Shown piece by piece: positions 17,553 through 28,111 of a stretch of 64,000 nt of DNA; position 1 is the first letter of the stretch, and every line of letters starts with the position of its first letter. A model generated the notes under the pieces. The model was not told the DNA's origin, did no database searches, and was given only the letters and a program-made list of their open reading frames with translations. The stretch lies in the IMG/VR virus record IMGVR_UViG_3300050196_000293, one strand, 5' to 3'. Position numbers and translations under genes: made by a program. Source of the stretch: a virus (lineage: Duplodnaviria; Heunggongvirae; Uroviricota; Caudoviricetes).

Positions 17553-17577
17553 GCCACCTTCTCAGGTGGCTTTTTTT
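17553..17577 (+). terminator. rho-independent terminator GCCACCTTCTCAGGTGGC + T7
   Basis: Same hairpin family as 6196 and 13291. Confidence 0.6.
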
Positions 17578-17620
17578 ATGTTCAATTGAATCGTTCACAA
17601 CACTGAAACTGGAAACAAAC

Positions 17621-18358
17621 ATGACTATCAATACTCTCCAAGAGTCTATCGCTCAGGCTCAGGCAGCGGCACAAGCTATCGTGCCTGCCAACGACACTCC
17701 CTCCACTGCACTCACCACCCCCACAACGGCTCCTGGTCGTCGGATCACTATGTCCGAAGCCATGAGCCAGATGGGTGGGGCCATTGATATGTATATCGTC
17801 CCTGACGAGGGCGGCATCATCATCAACAAGGACAAGATGAATATGCAGGAAGAGCTCCGTATCGAGCTCAAGGTGTCTGACGTCGTGGCGTATCGCTCGA
17901 TACGTTTTGGTACGCCAGTCACCTATCGCAAGTCCTATGATGGTATTACCGACGCAGCTAGTCGCAAGCCTTGGGCCAACACCATTGCCGAGTGCATGGC
18001 AGTGGATCCCAAGTGCCGTGGTGACTATATGACGGTCGAGCCCATCTTTGTCCTGCTGGATGATGTCCTGAAGGAAAAGGGTCCTGAGAAGGGTAAGATC
18101 CTTGCCGCAAAAGGTACTCGTCTTGGTTGGACGTCCTCGATCACGGGAGCCAAGGTCTTTGCCTCCATGTTCAAGCCTTACCAAGAAAAGCTCGACGCTG
18201 GTGAAATCTCATCCGATCACTACCTGCAGATGACACTGTGCATCCGTATGGCAGTGGGTGGTGGCCAGTCCTTTGGCCAGCTCGACTTCAAGAATGTCAA
18301 GCTGGCGGACTACTCTCTCTACGACGTGGAAATGGACCAGGAAGCTACCGCCGCCTGA
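17621..18358 (+). CDS. hypothetical protein in insulated monocistronic unit
   Basis: Flanked by terminators at 17553 and 18386; Ala/Gln-rich N-terminus. Confidence 0.5.
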   Translation: MTINTLQESIAQAQAAAQAIVPANDTPSTALTTPTTAPGRRITMSEAMSQMGGAIDMYIVPDEGGIIINKDKMNMQEELRIELKVSDVVAYRSIRFGTPVTYRKSYDGITDAASRKPWANTIAECMAVDPKCRGDYMTVEPIFVLLDDVLKEKGPEKGKILAAKGTRLGWTSSITGAKVFASMFKPYQEKLDAGEISSDHYLQMTLCIRMAVGGGQSFGQLDFKNVKLADYSLYDVEMDQEATAA

Positions 18359-18385
18359 TCCATCCCCTCCACACCACAGGAGATC

Positions 18386-18420
18386 GGGGAGGGTTGTGCA
18401 ATCAACCCTCCCCTTTTTGT
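18386..18420 (+). terminator. rho-independent terminator GGGGAGGGTTG...CAACCCTCCCC + T-run
   Basis: 11-bp stem followed by TTTTTGTATT. Confidence 0.6.
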
Positions 18421-18422
18421 AT

Positions 18423-19209
18423 TATGAAGATAATTATCTACGACGCAATGTCCGCTCTGAGGATAAAACTCGAGCAAGCCTCTACCCCCGGCACAATGAT
18501 CCTCCGGTCGATCATCAATGAGATCACTGCCCCCGGGGATATCCGTATCTGGGTATGGGATGGCGCAGGGGGTAACGCTCGACGCCGTAAGCACTTTCCG
18601 GCTTACAAGACCAACCGCAAGCCGGATCCAACTTCCAAAATCAACATCGATTTCATCTACAAACTGATGCAGTTCACCTCGAACCACAGCATCAGAATGA
18701 ATGATGTCGAAGGCGACGATGTCATCGCCGCCCTGACCCATTATCTACTCCGAACCACCAATCTCCCCATCGAGATCCATGGCCGAGATAGTGATCTAAC
18801 TGCCCTGTGCGTCGACTCTCGGGTCACCACTCCCTACATCAAGCCCAAGTGTGACCCACGATATGTCTACTTCCGAAAGCTGATGGTTGGCAAACCCTCG
18901 GATGCCGTCCCGGGAATGGCTGGGTTTGGCCTGAAATCGTTTGAAAGCTGTAACCCCGCCACACTCTCGACCTTCATTTTCAAAGTGATGGACGGGCAGG
19001 AATGGGAGGATGGGGAGGGTTACAGCCAGGGTCTCGCCACTCGGCACATCAATTGGCTCAGGGTTCCTGAAAACGTCGACCAAATGCGAGCCATGTGGCT
19101 GATCAGCAACCCCTTCCCGATCAGCGATGATGAACTCTCGGCCCATCTGATCCAAGGCAAGAATGATCCAGCCGCCCTAGAGGCCACCCTGAAAGGTTTC
19201 CATCTATGA
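18423..19209 (+). CDS. 5'-3' exonuclease / flap endonuclease (PIN-like)
   Basis: FPAYKTNRK (YKxNR motif), EGDDVIAAL; start MKIIIYD after terminator (ORF track extends spuriously to 18238). Confidence 0.8.
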
Positions 19210-21896
19210 CAACCATCCTGATCGACAGCCGCAATGTCGACCTCGAACTACCCAAACTCCTGGAGGCACTTCGCAACTGCACCAGCCTGGTGGGTATCGA
19301 CTGTGAAACCCAGGACGATGCCCGGCACGAGGGCCTCAACCGTTTCATGAGTATCAATGAGGTCACCCGAGCCAAACCCAGCAAAAAGAAACTGGTGTTT
19401 GACTATCGTCGAACAGTGGTCACGGGATTCTCAATTTACCCTGAGGGGCAGGAGGTCCGCTGGTATCTTAACCTCGCCCATGCTGATGTCGAAAACCGTC
19501 TGCCTAGATCCGTGGTCGATCAAGTGCTGGATGCCAGACACCCCTCAGCAGTTTGGGTAGCCCACAATGCGGCCTATGAGTTGTCAGTCTTCAAGAGTTG
19601 TTTTGATCGGGTGCTGGAACCCATTGTCTGTACCATGCAGCTGTCGGTGACGGCTTTTGGCGATGACAACTACCCTCGTTCCTCCTTCATCAACAAGGAC
19701 TTGGGGGGGATGTATGTCCATGTTGAGCCCCTTATGAAGGCGATGCTGAAAACCAAGCCGGTCGACTTGGAGGGCGAGGAGGGTGAGACCCGCAAGTTCT
19801 CACGGGAAGTCGACGACCTGATTGGCAAAATCACTGCAAAGGATTCTGATGGTGCAGCCTCCTACAACGGCTGGGTAGATACCATAGCCTATGGTCACGG
19901 GCTCAAATCCCTGATCAAGAAACTGTTCGACTATGACATGACGACCTTCGAGGAAGTAATGAATGGTCGCGGTCACATGGGGATGATGACTGGTGAGGAG
20001 GTTGTCGCCTATGGCGCTGATGACGCCTACTGGGTGATACCCCTGTTTCGCAAGCTGCTTGAGATGGTGGCGATCAGCTCCCCCAATGCCCTCAATACCT
20101 TCTTCGAACAAGAAAACCCCATGGTTCAGATCTTCTCGGATCTGCAGTTGGGGGGCCTCAAGATCAACCACGAGGCGGTTCTTGGTCGTCAGAAGACCGA
20201 GCGGTCCATCTTTGCCCAACATCTCCGCGACCTCAAGGTGGCTATCAAGGCGGCGCTCCCCTTCGACACCGAGCCTAACAGCGACCTGATCAAGTACAGG
20301 CAAGACTGGTATGAAAGGAACTATGCCAAATATCGTGAGAAACTGACCCGCTGGGCGAACAGCCCAGACTCAGACGATGATTTCGAGCAGTGTCTCCAGG
20401 TATCCTCCCCTGTTTCCAACGCCTGGGCGGCAGAACGGGGCGATCCTAGACGCAAGTCAGACCTGTCGATCAGTCACTACATGCCTGTCCGGGTCATGCT
20501 CTACGATCTGCTTAAAGCCAAGCTGGTTTTTGACAAAGGCAAGCTGGCCTCGGACGCCGAGGCCCGTGGGAAGTGTCAGGACTGGCTGCAGAACAATGGG
20601 GGCTCAACTGATCTGACGGCCTGCCTGACCAAGATGGCGGGTGTGGAGCAGCGGATGAAGCTCTACATTACTCCCTATCTCTGTCTCGTGGATCCAGAAA
20701 CCGAGCGGATGTATCCCAGCATCAATAGTCTGCTCAACACCCGCCGGCTGGCGGCTTCATCTCCCAATGCGACCCAGCTCGCCAAGCGGGGTGATTCCAC
20801 CTACATTCGTGGCTTCTTCCTGCCTGACCATGATGACCACGTCATAGTCAGCTTGGACTGGTCGTCATTCGAACTGGTGATCATAGGCGAACTTAGTAAA
20901 GACCCTGAGTTTCACAAAGCCTACTTTCAGCTCCCCCACCAAGATCTACACTCTGGTGCCGCAGCTGACATTCTGCGTGTCGACATGGAGTGGCTAACCG
21001 AGGGCATGTTCATGGACCTCAAGCGGATAGCCACTCCGGGAGACTTCTACGACAAATATGGAATCTCTGAGGATCGTGGCGTCAAGCTGTTTACCAACCT
21101 GAAAGGTGAACTGATGGACCCTAGCAAGGCTCAGAAATACTGGAGAACCGAGGTCGGCAAGGGCGGCAACTTCAACTACTGGTACTCAGGTTGGTTGACA
21201 ACCGTTGGTGATAGAATGGGGTGGTCCTGGCAGAAGATGGCTGCAGCGACCGAGAACTATCGTAGTCGGTTCTCTGTAGCCGAGGACTGGCGTGTCGGCG
21301 TCATCAACCAAGGGAAACTCCACGGTTGGGTCGAGCTCCCGGATGGTCATCGTCGCTTCCGCTATGAGGCCATGCCAGAGTGGCGCGACATCTTCATGCA
21401 GAAGTGGGGGGATATCCCAGAGCTTTACAATCCCATCAATGAAGTCGCACGACGTATCCAAGTGCGAGCCGGCAACCAGATGGTCAATGCCATGGTGCAA
21501 GGTACAAACGCATTCGTCCTCAAGCGATCAATCATCCGCCTCTTGGCTCGTCTGAAGGCGATGGGGTGGAGTTCACGCGAAGCCCGGTTCATGATGCCCA
21601 TCCACGACGAGATTGTGTTCTCGGTCCACAGGTCTCTGATCAATGAGTTCATCCGTGAAGCCCGTCAGGTTATGATGTCCCATGACGATATCTTCCCAAC
21701 CTTGAAGCTCGACGCCACCCCTAGTGTTGGCCTGACCTTTGAACCCTGGAGCAGCAAGTCGGCCACGATTGGTCAGGTTGAACTGTTCGAGGCTCCCGCC
21801 TTCGACTTCCTGCCTGAGACTTCCTGGAATGGTCGACTGAATGACAATGAAGTCGATGAAGTGGTGAACCATCTGTTCCGGGCCAGGGCGGCGTGA
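19206..21896 (+). CDS. family A DNA polymerase with 3'-5' exonuclease domain
   Basis: Exo I VGIDCETQD; motif A VSLDWSSFELVIIGE; motif B RTEVGKGGNFNYWYSG; motif C PIHDEIVF. Confidence 0.9.
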   Translation: MTTILIDSRNVDLELPKLLEALRNCTSLVGIDCETQDDARHEGLNRFMSINEVTRAKPSKKKLVFDYRRTVVTGFSIYPEGQEVRWYLNLAHADVENRLPRSVVDQVLDARHPSAVWVAHNAAYELSVFKSCFDRVLEPIVCTMQLSVTAFGDDNYPRSSFINKDLGGMYVHVEPLMKAMLKTKPVDLEGEEGETRKFSREVDDLIGKITAKDSDGAASYNGWVDTIAYGHGLKSLIKKLFDYDMTTFEEVMNGRGHMGMMTGEEVVAYGADDAYWVIPLFRKLLEMVAISSPNALNTFFEQENPMVQIFSDLQLGGLKINHEAVLGRQKTERSIFAQHLRDLKVAIKAALPFDTEPNSDLIKYRQDWYERNYAKYREKLTRWANSPDSDDDFEQCLQVSSPVSNAWAAERGDPRRKSDLSISHYMPVRVMLYDLLKAKLVFDKGKLASDAEARGKCQDWLQNNGGSTDLTACLTKMAGVEQRMKLYITPYLCLVDPETERMYPSINSLLNTRRLAASSPNATQLAKRGDSTYIRGFFLPDHDDHVIVSLDWSSFELVIIGELSKDPEFHKAYFQLPHQDLHSGAAADILRVDMEWLTEGMFMDLKRIATPGDFYDKYGISEDRGVKLFTNLKGELMDPSKAQKYWRTEVGKGGNFNYWYSGWLTTVGDRMGWSWQKMAAATENYRSRFSVAEDWRVGVINQGKLHGWVELPDGHRRFRYEAMPEWRDIFMQKWGDIPELYNPINEVARRIQVRAGNQMVNAMVQGTNAFVLKRSIIRLLARLKAMGWSSREARFMMPIHDEIVFSVHRSLINEFIREARQVMMSHDDIFPTLKLDATPSVGLTFEPWSSKSATIGQVELFEAPAFDFLPETSWNGRLNDNEVDEVVNHLFRARAA

Positions 21897-22315
21897 GAAA
21901 CACTGGCAAGGACTCTGAAGCGATCTTTGAGGAACACTGGCAACAGCAGGGTAAAGCAGTCTACCTTTACCGCTTTCCAGACGCCGCTGAGATCTACGGC
22001 CGTAATAAGAAACTGGTGAATGTCAGATCTGTTCCCTCTGATTATCTGGTGACAACAGAACATGGGACATTTTACGCCGAAGTGAAATCCACACTGGATC
22101 CCCTGACCTTCAATTTCTCATTGCTGAAGAAGGGACAAAATTCCGCTGGTGCTAGTGTGACTGTCGCAAAAGGCGTTTATCTAGTGTACATACACAGTTT
22201 AGCTCATGACCAATGGTACTGCATACCTTATGGGGTAATCCGACACACTGTTGAAGTTGTGAAAAAGAAATCCCTTCGCTGGGATGAATTGAAAGAATAC
22301 AAATGCACCCTGTGA
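21893..22315 (+). CDS. putative PD-(D/E)xK nuclease (possible junction resolvase)
   Basis: SDYLVT...FYAEVKS resembles D...E-x-K core. Confidence 0.35.
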   Translation: MRNTGKDSEAIFEEHWQQQGKAVYLYRFPDAAEIYGRNKKLVNVRSVPSDYLVTTEHGTFYAEVKSTLDPLTFNFSLLKKGQNSAGASVTVAKGVYLVYIHSLAHDQWYCIPYGVIRHTVEVVKKKSLRWDELKEYKCTL

Positions 22316-22989
22316 GCTACAAAAATGTAATGGTTGATCTTGAAACTACGGGGACCAGTCGGGACCACTCCATGATCCTACAGATCGCTGCGGCAACGTT
22401 CGATCTGGAAACCCAGACGGTCGGTAGCTGCTTCTGTATCAATCTCGGGGAGTCCACGGGACGCTTCTGGGACGCCTCGACCCAAGAATGGTGGCGTAAG
22501 CAACCTAGTGACGTGTTTGAGGCTGTAACCCAAGACCCTCAGGACCCTGGACTTGCACTGGAAGCCTTCAGAAACTGGGTAGATGGTAACACCAGTTCGG
22601 TCCTCCCCACAGCCCTCTGGGGCAAGCCTATCAGCTTTGAATATCCCTTCCTGGAAAGCTATTTCCGCCAGTATGAGGTCCACAATCCTTTTCACTACCG
22701 ACATGCCATAGACATGCAGTCATTCATCCGAGGTATGAGGGGGGACCCAAATGCCTATCCCTTCGACAAAGAGGTCCCCTTTGAAGGGGACGCCCACAAC
22801 GCCCTGCATGACGTGTTCCATCAGATTCGCGTCGTCATCGAAGCCACCAAGCGATTTAGGAAAGATACTGAATGTCCATCACCACCCTCGGAGACGTCCA
22901 TCTTGGTAAACGATTCCGCACTGGAGTCCCCCTCGACCGTCGAGGTGACCGTGAGCGGATGCAGTGGGACCAGTTTGCTCGTGAGCTGA
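22303..22989 (+). CDS. DEDDh 3'-5' exonuclease (DnaQ-like)
   Basis: Exo I MVDLETTG, Exo III AHNALHDVFH. Confidence 0.7.
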   Translation: MHPVSYKNVMVDLETTGTSRDHSMILQIAAATFDLETQTVGSCFCINLGESTGRFWDASTQEWWRKQPSDVFEAVTQDPQDPGLALEAFRNWVDGNTSSVLPTALWGKPISFEYPFLESYFRQYEVHNPFHYRHAIDMQSFIRGMRGDPNAYPFDKEVPFEGDAHNALHDVFHQIRVVIEATKRFRKDTECPSPPSETSILVNDSALESPSTVEVTVSGCSGTSLLVS

Positions 22990-23840
22990 TGGAGGCTCCT
23001 CCAGGAATTCACATTCAAATGGGTGACCTCTTCGATGAGGCAATCGTTCCCTACAGTGTGATCTGGAAAGCCGCGAAGATCTACAGGGAGGCCTCTGAGG
23101 CTAGGGTGAACGTCAACTATGTGGTCAATCGTGGCAACCATGACGCCTCTCGGGACCTGGAGAAGATTACAGCCTACAAGATCTTCTCTGGCTTGGTAGG
23201 TGATTATGTCACCGTCTTGGAGGATAGCCCTGAGGTATTCCTCACAGGTGAGACGAGCCTGGTCGTAATCCCCTGGCACCCCGTCATTGGGGCCACAGAG
23301 ATGGTTGAAACTTACTCCGACCTTATCAACGGCTCACAGGCTACGACAGCCTTTGGCCACTGGGATGTTGTAGTGATTGGTGACAACGCCAACGCTCTAC
23401 CTGCCAAAGCCCTTGCGGAATCGGGTATTCAGATAGCCTACACCGGCCACGATCACACCCCTCGCCAATTAGAAATCGATGGGCTCAAGGTGGTGGTGAC
23501 TGGGTCTATGCAGCCCTATAGCTTCAGCGAGGATCCTGGTGAACTGTTCTACGTCACCCGTTCCCTGGATCAGGTGATGGCAGATTCAGATGTCTATCAT
23601 GATAAGCACCTGAGAATCCGCCTGAAGCCAGACGAGGTGTTTGATAGCCAGATTGATTGCCTCTCAGTCGTTGTCCAACGTGACGGCCAAGACGAGGTTG
23701 GGGATCAGGAAGAGGTTGAATTCGAACCCTTCGATCTAAGGGGATTGTATCTCAAAGCCGCCGAGGAAGTGGGGATCGACAAGGATCTCACCGAGGAGGT
23801 CTGGGCCAAAATCAATGACTTGAGATTGGACAACGAGTGA
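22872..23840 (+). CDS. sbcD: SbcD/Mre11-like nuclease
   Basis: Phosphoesterase motifs GDVHLG, GDLFD, GNHD, HWD, GHDH. Confidence 0.85.
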   Translation: MSITTLGDVHLGKRFRTGVPLDRRGDRERMQWDQFARELMEAPPGIHIQMGDLFDEAIVPYSVIWKAAKIYREASEARVNVNYVVNRGNHDASRDLEKITAYKIFSGLVGDYVTVLEDSPEVFLTGETSLVVIPWHPVIGATEMVETYSDLINGSQATTAFGHWDVVVIGDNANALPAKALAESGIQIAYTGHDHTPRQLEIDGLKVVVTGSMQPYSFSEDPGELFYVTRSLDQVMADSDVYHDKHLRIRLKPDEVFDSQIDCLSVVVQRDGQDEVGDQEEVEFEPFDLRGLYLKAAEEVGIDKDLTEEVWAKINDLRLDNE

Positions 23841-24052
23841 TATCCTGGGCCAATCTTGGCGCTCTGGAATATTGTTTAGACCACTGCCCTATGCCCCCCG
23901 GGCATAGGGCACTTTTACGTCAGATCATTTCTCACGCCTCCGCCGACATGCTTCGGGAGTGGGGGACCCTCAATTCACACCTGGAGCCCCAGGTAAAGAC
24001 ACTTTTCAATCATTGCACGGACTTCCTAAATGCTCAAACACCTGAAATATAG
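23837..24052 (+). CDS. hypothetical small protein
   Basis: ORF between sbcD and sbcC. Confidence 0.3.
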   Translation: MISWANLGALEYCLDHCPMPPGHRALLRQIISHASADMLREWGTLNSHLEPQVKTLFNHCTDFLNAQTPEI

Positions 24053-26090
24053 CGTCACTTTCCCTAGCACTTCTCGCACACTTTCTGCAGACCTGACACT
24101 AACACCCGGCTACTGGGCTATCACTGGCAGCAACGAGTCGGGTAAGTCGATGATCTTCGAGATCGCCCGCTATCTCCTGTTTGGCACCGAAGCCTTGCGT
24201 GGACTGGCCGAGGATTACAAGACCCTGAAGGCTGAAGGCGTTTTTGAGATCAGTGGCAGTGACATCAAAATCACCCGCACTGCCCGCACCGCCACAATGC
24301 AGCGTGGTGGTGTAACGATTGCCACGGGTACCTCGACGGTCAACGCCAAGGTGGTTGAAGAGCTGGGCTTTAACCTGTCGGTCTTCGACATAGCCTGTGT
24401 GATCAATCAGGACGACATCGGCCGGCTTGGTAACATGTCCCCACGCAATCGCCGCCAGATGGTCGATAACGTGCTGGGTCTGGGTTCTCTGGATGGGGTC
24501 TCCAAGTGGGCCTTGGAGGAAGCCAAGCTGCTCAGCCGGCAGGCTGATACCCTTCGAACCACTCTGGTCCCACCCGGCTCAGGGCCAGGTGCTGTCCCGA
24601 AGAACTATCTCCCCGCTGAAACTCGACAGGAAACTTTGGAGCAGCACCGCGCACTGAGCGAGGAGCTCAGTGTGTTGGAAGGCTATCTCAGCCATGAACT
24701 GGAAGAACCAGTTCCACCTGTGGAGCCTGTTGGGCCAACCGGGGTGGAACTGGAAGAGCGGGTCCGCTTGCAGAATGCAAAAGAGATGGAGATCAAACTC
24801 CTAAAGGCCCAGATTGAGGCTCTCCCATCCAGCGCCCCTCATTCTGAGGCAGAGCTGGCCGAAATGGAGCGCCAGCTTGTCTTATATACCGAATGGTCTG
24901 ACGCCAGCGCCTGGCTAAAACGTCACCCCCTGCCAGATTATACCGCAGAAGACTTGGACCGACGTGAAGCCTACGCTGTCTATTCGGAGAAGTGCAAGAG
25001 GCTCGAGGCCCTGCAGTCCAGGCTCTCAGCGGCAAAGGACCGAGGGTCCAAGCCCTGCCCTCACTGTCTGGAAGATATTCCACACGAGCATGACACCATT
25101 GTCGAGCTGGAAGCCCTGATTGCCGAACTCGACCCTGGTCCCGCCTTGGCTGTCGAGCCAGCCTATAACCCTCAACATCGGGAGATCCTGGCTGGATATG
25201 ACTTTGAGACTGCTCGTAAGTACGCCTTGATACAGGCCGTTGAACCTGTTGGGTTGACCTACAAGAACATTGCGGATCAGCGCACTCGATTGCAGCAGGT
25301 TAACCAGCGGCGGGCACTAGAACAAACCCTTGTGGCTCTCAATCCTGACGAAACGTGCCCTGACTGGTCTAGAATGCTCAACAGACTCCGAGCCTATGAG
25401 GCGGATCTGGAACGGTATCACTCCCTGCAGTTGGTATATCAAGACCAGCTTCGGGGACGGTCTTGCAAACAGGCCAGGTATGCTGAACTGCAGGGAGCTA
25501 GAGACACCTATAACGAGATTCAGCAGCTCGTCAATACCAGTACGACATACGACAGGGATTTGAGCGCCTGGAAGTTGGCGACAAAGCTCTTTGAGGAGAC
25601 CTCTGCCAAAATAGACGGCTACATATCTCAAGCCGAAAAATACAAAAAAGTGCGAGATATGATTATGCTGCTCCGTGGCCTGATCAAACAGCATGTCCTG
25701 CCGAGCCTCGCCAAAGTCTCAAGCCATTTGATCCGTCAGATGACAGGTGGTCAGAGAAACACCATCGCCATTGATGACGACTTCAACGTGCTGGTCGACA
25801 ACCAGCCTTTGGACACCCTGTCTGGGTCGGGCAAGGCCTGTGCCAACCTCTCCATTCGGATTGGCTTGGGACAGGTTTTAACCAACAAGATCATCTCTAT
25901 ACTATTCGCTGATGAGATTGACGCCTCTATGGACAGTTTTAGAGCTGCTAAAACTGCTGATGTACTAAACACATTGAAAGATAGCGTCTCGCAAATCCTG
26001 CTTGTCTCGCATAAGCCTGTGGATAGTGAAAACCACATCCGGCTTGGAGACAGCAGCAGTTATGACGACGATCAGTACCGAGGGGGTTAG
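24030..26090 (+). CDS. sbcC: SbcC/Rad50-like ATPase
   Basis: Walker A GSNESGKS, long coiled coil with CPHC zinc hook, signature LSGSGK and Walker B ILFADEID. Confidence 0.85.
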   Translation: MLKHLKYSVTFPSTSRTLSADLTLTPGYWAITGSNESGKSMIFEIARYLLFGTEALRGLAEDYKTLKAEGVFEISGSDIKITRTARTATMQRGGVTIATGTSTVNAKVVEELGFNLSVFDIACVINQDDIGRLGNMSPRNRRQMVDNVLGLGSLDGVSKWALEEAKLLSRQADTLRTTLVPPGSGPGAVPKNYLPAETRQETLEQHRALSEELSVLEGYLSHELEEPVPPVEPVGPTGVELEERVRLQNAKEMEIKLLKAQIEALPSSAPHSEAELAEMERQLVLYTEWSDASAWLKRHPLPDYTAEDLDRREAYAVYSEKCKRLEALQSRLSAAKDRGSKPCPHCLEDIPHEHDTIVELEALIAELDPGPALAVEPAYNPQHREILAGYDFETARKYALIQAVEPVGLTYKNIADQRTRLQQVNQRRALEQTLVALNPDETCPDWSRMLNRLRAYEADLERYHSLQLVYQDQLRGRSCKQARYAELQGARDTYNEIQQLVNTSTTYDRDLSAWKLATKLFEETSAKIDGYISQAEKYKKVRDMIMLLRGLIKQHVLPSLAKVSSHLIRQMTGGQRNTIAIDDDFNVLVDNQPLDTLSGSGKACANLSIRIGLGQVLTNKIISILFADEIDASMDSFRAAKTADVLNTLKDSVSQILLVSHKPVDSENHIRLGDSSSYDDDQYRGG

Positions 26091-26484
26091 TAACCCCGAA
26101 CGCCTCAAGGAAATATACGACCGCCACAACGGTGATCTCGCCAAAACTGCTGACGAATTGGGGATCTCCTACAACGACTTCTTGGCCAAGTATGGCCAAG
26201 AGGTTGGCTCCATCTCCACCAATGTGGTTCGAACCAAGTCGCCGCCTAAAGAACTAGGCCGGCCTGAACTACGGAAATACATCCTCTCTGTGCGTCACTC
26301 GGATAACCCCCAGTGGCCAGTTGCGGATAAGGACAAGCTTGCTTCGGCGCGTCTCAAGCATGACGCCGGCACCCACGAAATGTGTCAGGGCCGTGATGGT
26401 AAGTGGATCATCCAATATCTGATCCTTCGCACAAACCCGGCTCCACCCAATAAATACTTCACTGAAATGGAGATATATAGATGA
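26062..26484 (+). CDS. hypothetical protein
   Basis: Internal ATG of ORF 26002..26484 after sbcC; HTH-like DLAKTADELGISYNDF. Confidence 0.35.
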   Translation: MTTISTEGVSNPERLKEIYDRHNGDLAKTADELGISYNDFLAKYGQEVGSISTNVVRTKSPPKELGRPELRKYILSVRHSDNPQWPVADKDKLASARLKHDAGTHEMCQGRDGKWIIQYLILRTNPAPPNKYFTEMEIYR

Positions 26485-27593
26485 GCATATTCCAACACCA
26501 TAGGATCTACAAATATGACACTACAGGACGCCTGCGTGTCTGGTTCATGGAGAGTGAAGACGACCGCTACCGGACGGTCTCTGGCATCGACGGTGGCAAA
26601 CTGGTCACCTCCGAGTGGACCACAGCGGTCCCAGCCAGCAAAGAAACCGGGGCAGAGCAGGCCCTGTTCGAGGTCTCCAGCAACTATGACTACAACCTGG
26701 CCCGAGAGTATCATCTGACCGCTCTAGACGCCAAGGCTGGACCCAAGTTCTTCAAACCCATGCTTGCCCAGAAATGGCAGGATGTGCCTTGGAGCAAGAT
26801 CCAGGGGGAGTATGTCTATAGCCAACCCAAGCTGGATGGGTTCTGCTGTATCGCCCAAGCCTCTGGGTTAACTTCTCGAGAGGGTCGGCCGATTGTTTCG
26901 TGTCCCCATATCATGGACGCCCTCACTCCCCTCTTTGAGACCAAGCCCTACGCTGTGCTGCATGGGGAACTCTATAACCATGAACTCAAACACGAATTTG
27001 GGCAGCTCAGTTCTATCTTGAAGAAGCAGACACCCACCAGGGCTGAACTGGCGCTGTCGCGCAGTAAAATTGAGTTCCACGTCTATGATTACCCCTGTTC
27101 TGAACCAACTCCTGAAAACCTGGGGTATGTCACACGACATACAAGACTGTCAGAGGATACTAGTGGCCTCGAATATATTTATACTGTCAGCACCGAGACA
27201 GTAAGGCGCGGCGATGACCAGACCCTCACGCGCTTGGCCTCAGAATACTTGGAGCAAGGCTATGAAGGGCAGATGATCCGCCAGGATCTCCCTTACGAGC
27301 AGAAGCGGTCCAAGTCCGTTCTGAAGAACAAGGAGTTCGACGATCACGAGTTTGAGGTGATTGAGATCCAGGAAGGTAAGGGCAACTGGTCGGGTGTAGC
27401 CAAGTCGGTCCTATGCCGTATGCCTGATGGTCGTACCTTTGGTGCAGGTATTAGGGGCACCTGGTCTCAGATGAAGCAGCTTCTCAGCGAAACACACAAG
27501 CAAGTTACCATCCGCCACTTTGGATATACGCCAGACGGGATCCCCCGCATGGGAGTGGCTACTGCGTGGCATGGTGAAGGGAGAGTCCTGTAG
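26481..27593 (+). CDS. ATP-dependent DNA ligase
   Basis: Motif I KLDG, motif IV EGQMIR, motif V VLKNK. Confidence 0.8.
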   Translation: MSIFQHHRIYKYDTTGRLRVWFMESEDDRYRTVSGIDGGKLVTSEWTTAVPASKETGAEQALFEVSSNYDYNLAREYHLTALDAKAGPKFFKPMLAQKWQDVPWSKIQGEYVYSQPKLDGFCCIAQASGLTSREGRPIVSCPHIMDALTPLFETKPYAVLHGELYNHELKHEFGQLSSILKKQTPTRAELALSRSKIEFHVYDYPCSEPTPENLGYVTRHTRLSEDTSGLEYIYTVSTETVRRGDDQTLTRLASEYLEQGYEGQMIRQDLPYEQKRSKSVLKNKEFDDHEFEVIEIQEGKGNWSGVAKSVLCRMPDGRTFGAGIRGTWSQMKQLLSETHKQVTIRHFGYTPDGIPRMGVATAWHGEGRVL

Positions 27594-28111
27594 TGACTAT
27601 GATCGATTTTAACGGAGGGATTACGTTTGACTATGACAACCCCTCACTATCTGGTGTCGGCATCCAGTTCATCGCCAACTCCCTGTCCAAGCAGTGCCGT
27701 TGGGGTGGTAATATCAACCGCTTCTATTCTGTGGCAGAACACTCTGTTCGCGCCAGCTGGGTTGTTCCTCGTAAGTTCAAACTCACCGCCCTGATGCACG
27801 ATGCCGCCGAGGCATTCATATCGGATGTCCCGACGCCCTTGAAGAGAACCCTCCCTAGGCTGATGGAGATTGAGGAAAGCATCCTGCAGCTCCTGGCAGA
27901 GAAGTATGGTTTCATCTATCCTCTTCCCCCTGAAATTCTCTATATTGATAAGGTTATGCTCGCTACAGAGCGACGTGACTTACTTACCAATATGCCGCTA
28001 TGGGATGTAATAAAAGATATCGCTCCTTTAACTGAAGTGATTTCTATGGTTGAAAAGCCCTGTTCTGAGTGGGCTAGTTTGTTTGTTTCTGAGTTCATGG
28101 AGCTTGCATAA
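27593..28111 (+). CDS. HD-domain phosphohydrolase (5'-deoxynucleotidase-like)
   Basis: H...HD...D pattern: EHSVRA...LMHDAAEAFISD. Confidence 0.6.
   Translation: MTMIDFNGGITFDYDNPSLSGVGIQFIANSLSKQCRWGGNINRFYSVAEHSVRASWVVPRKFKLTALMHDAAEAFISDVPTPLKRTLPRLMEIEESILQLLAEKYGFIYPLPPEILYIDKVMLATERRDLLTNMPLWDVIKDIAPLTEVISMVEKPCSEWASLFVSEFMELA

Noticed and set aside
18238-18422. 5' extension of the flap-endonuclease ORF
   Set aside because: The extension overlaps the upstream gene and runs through a strong terminator hairpin. Homology starts at MKIIIYD (18423).
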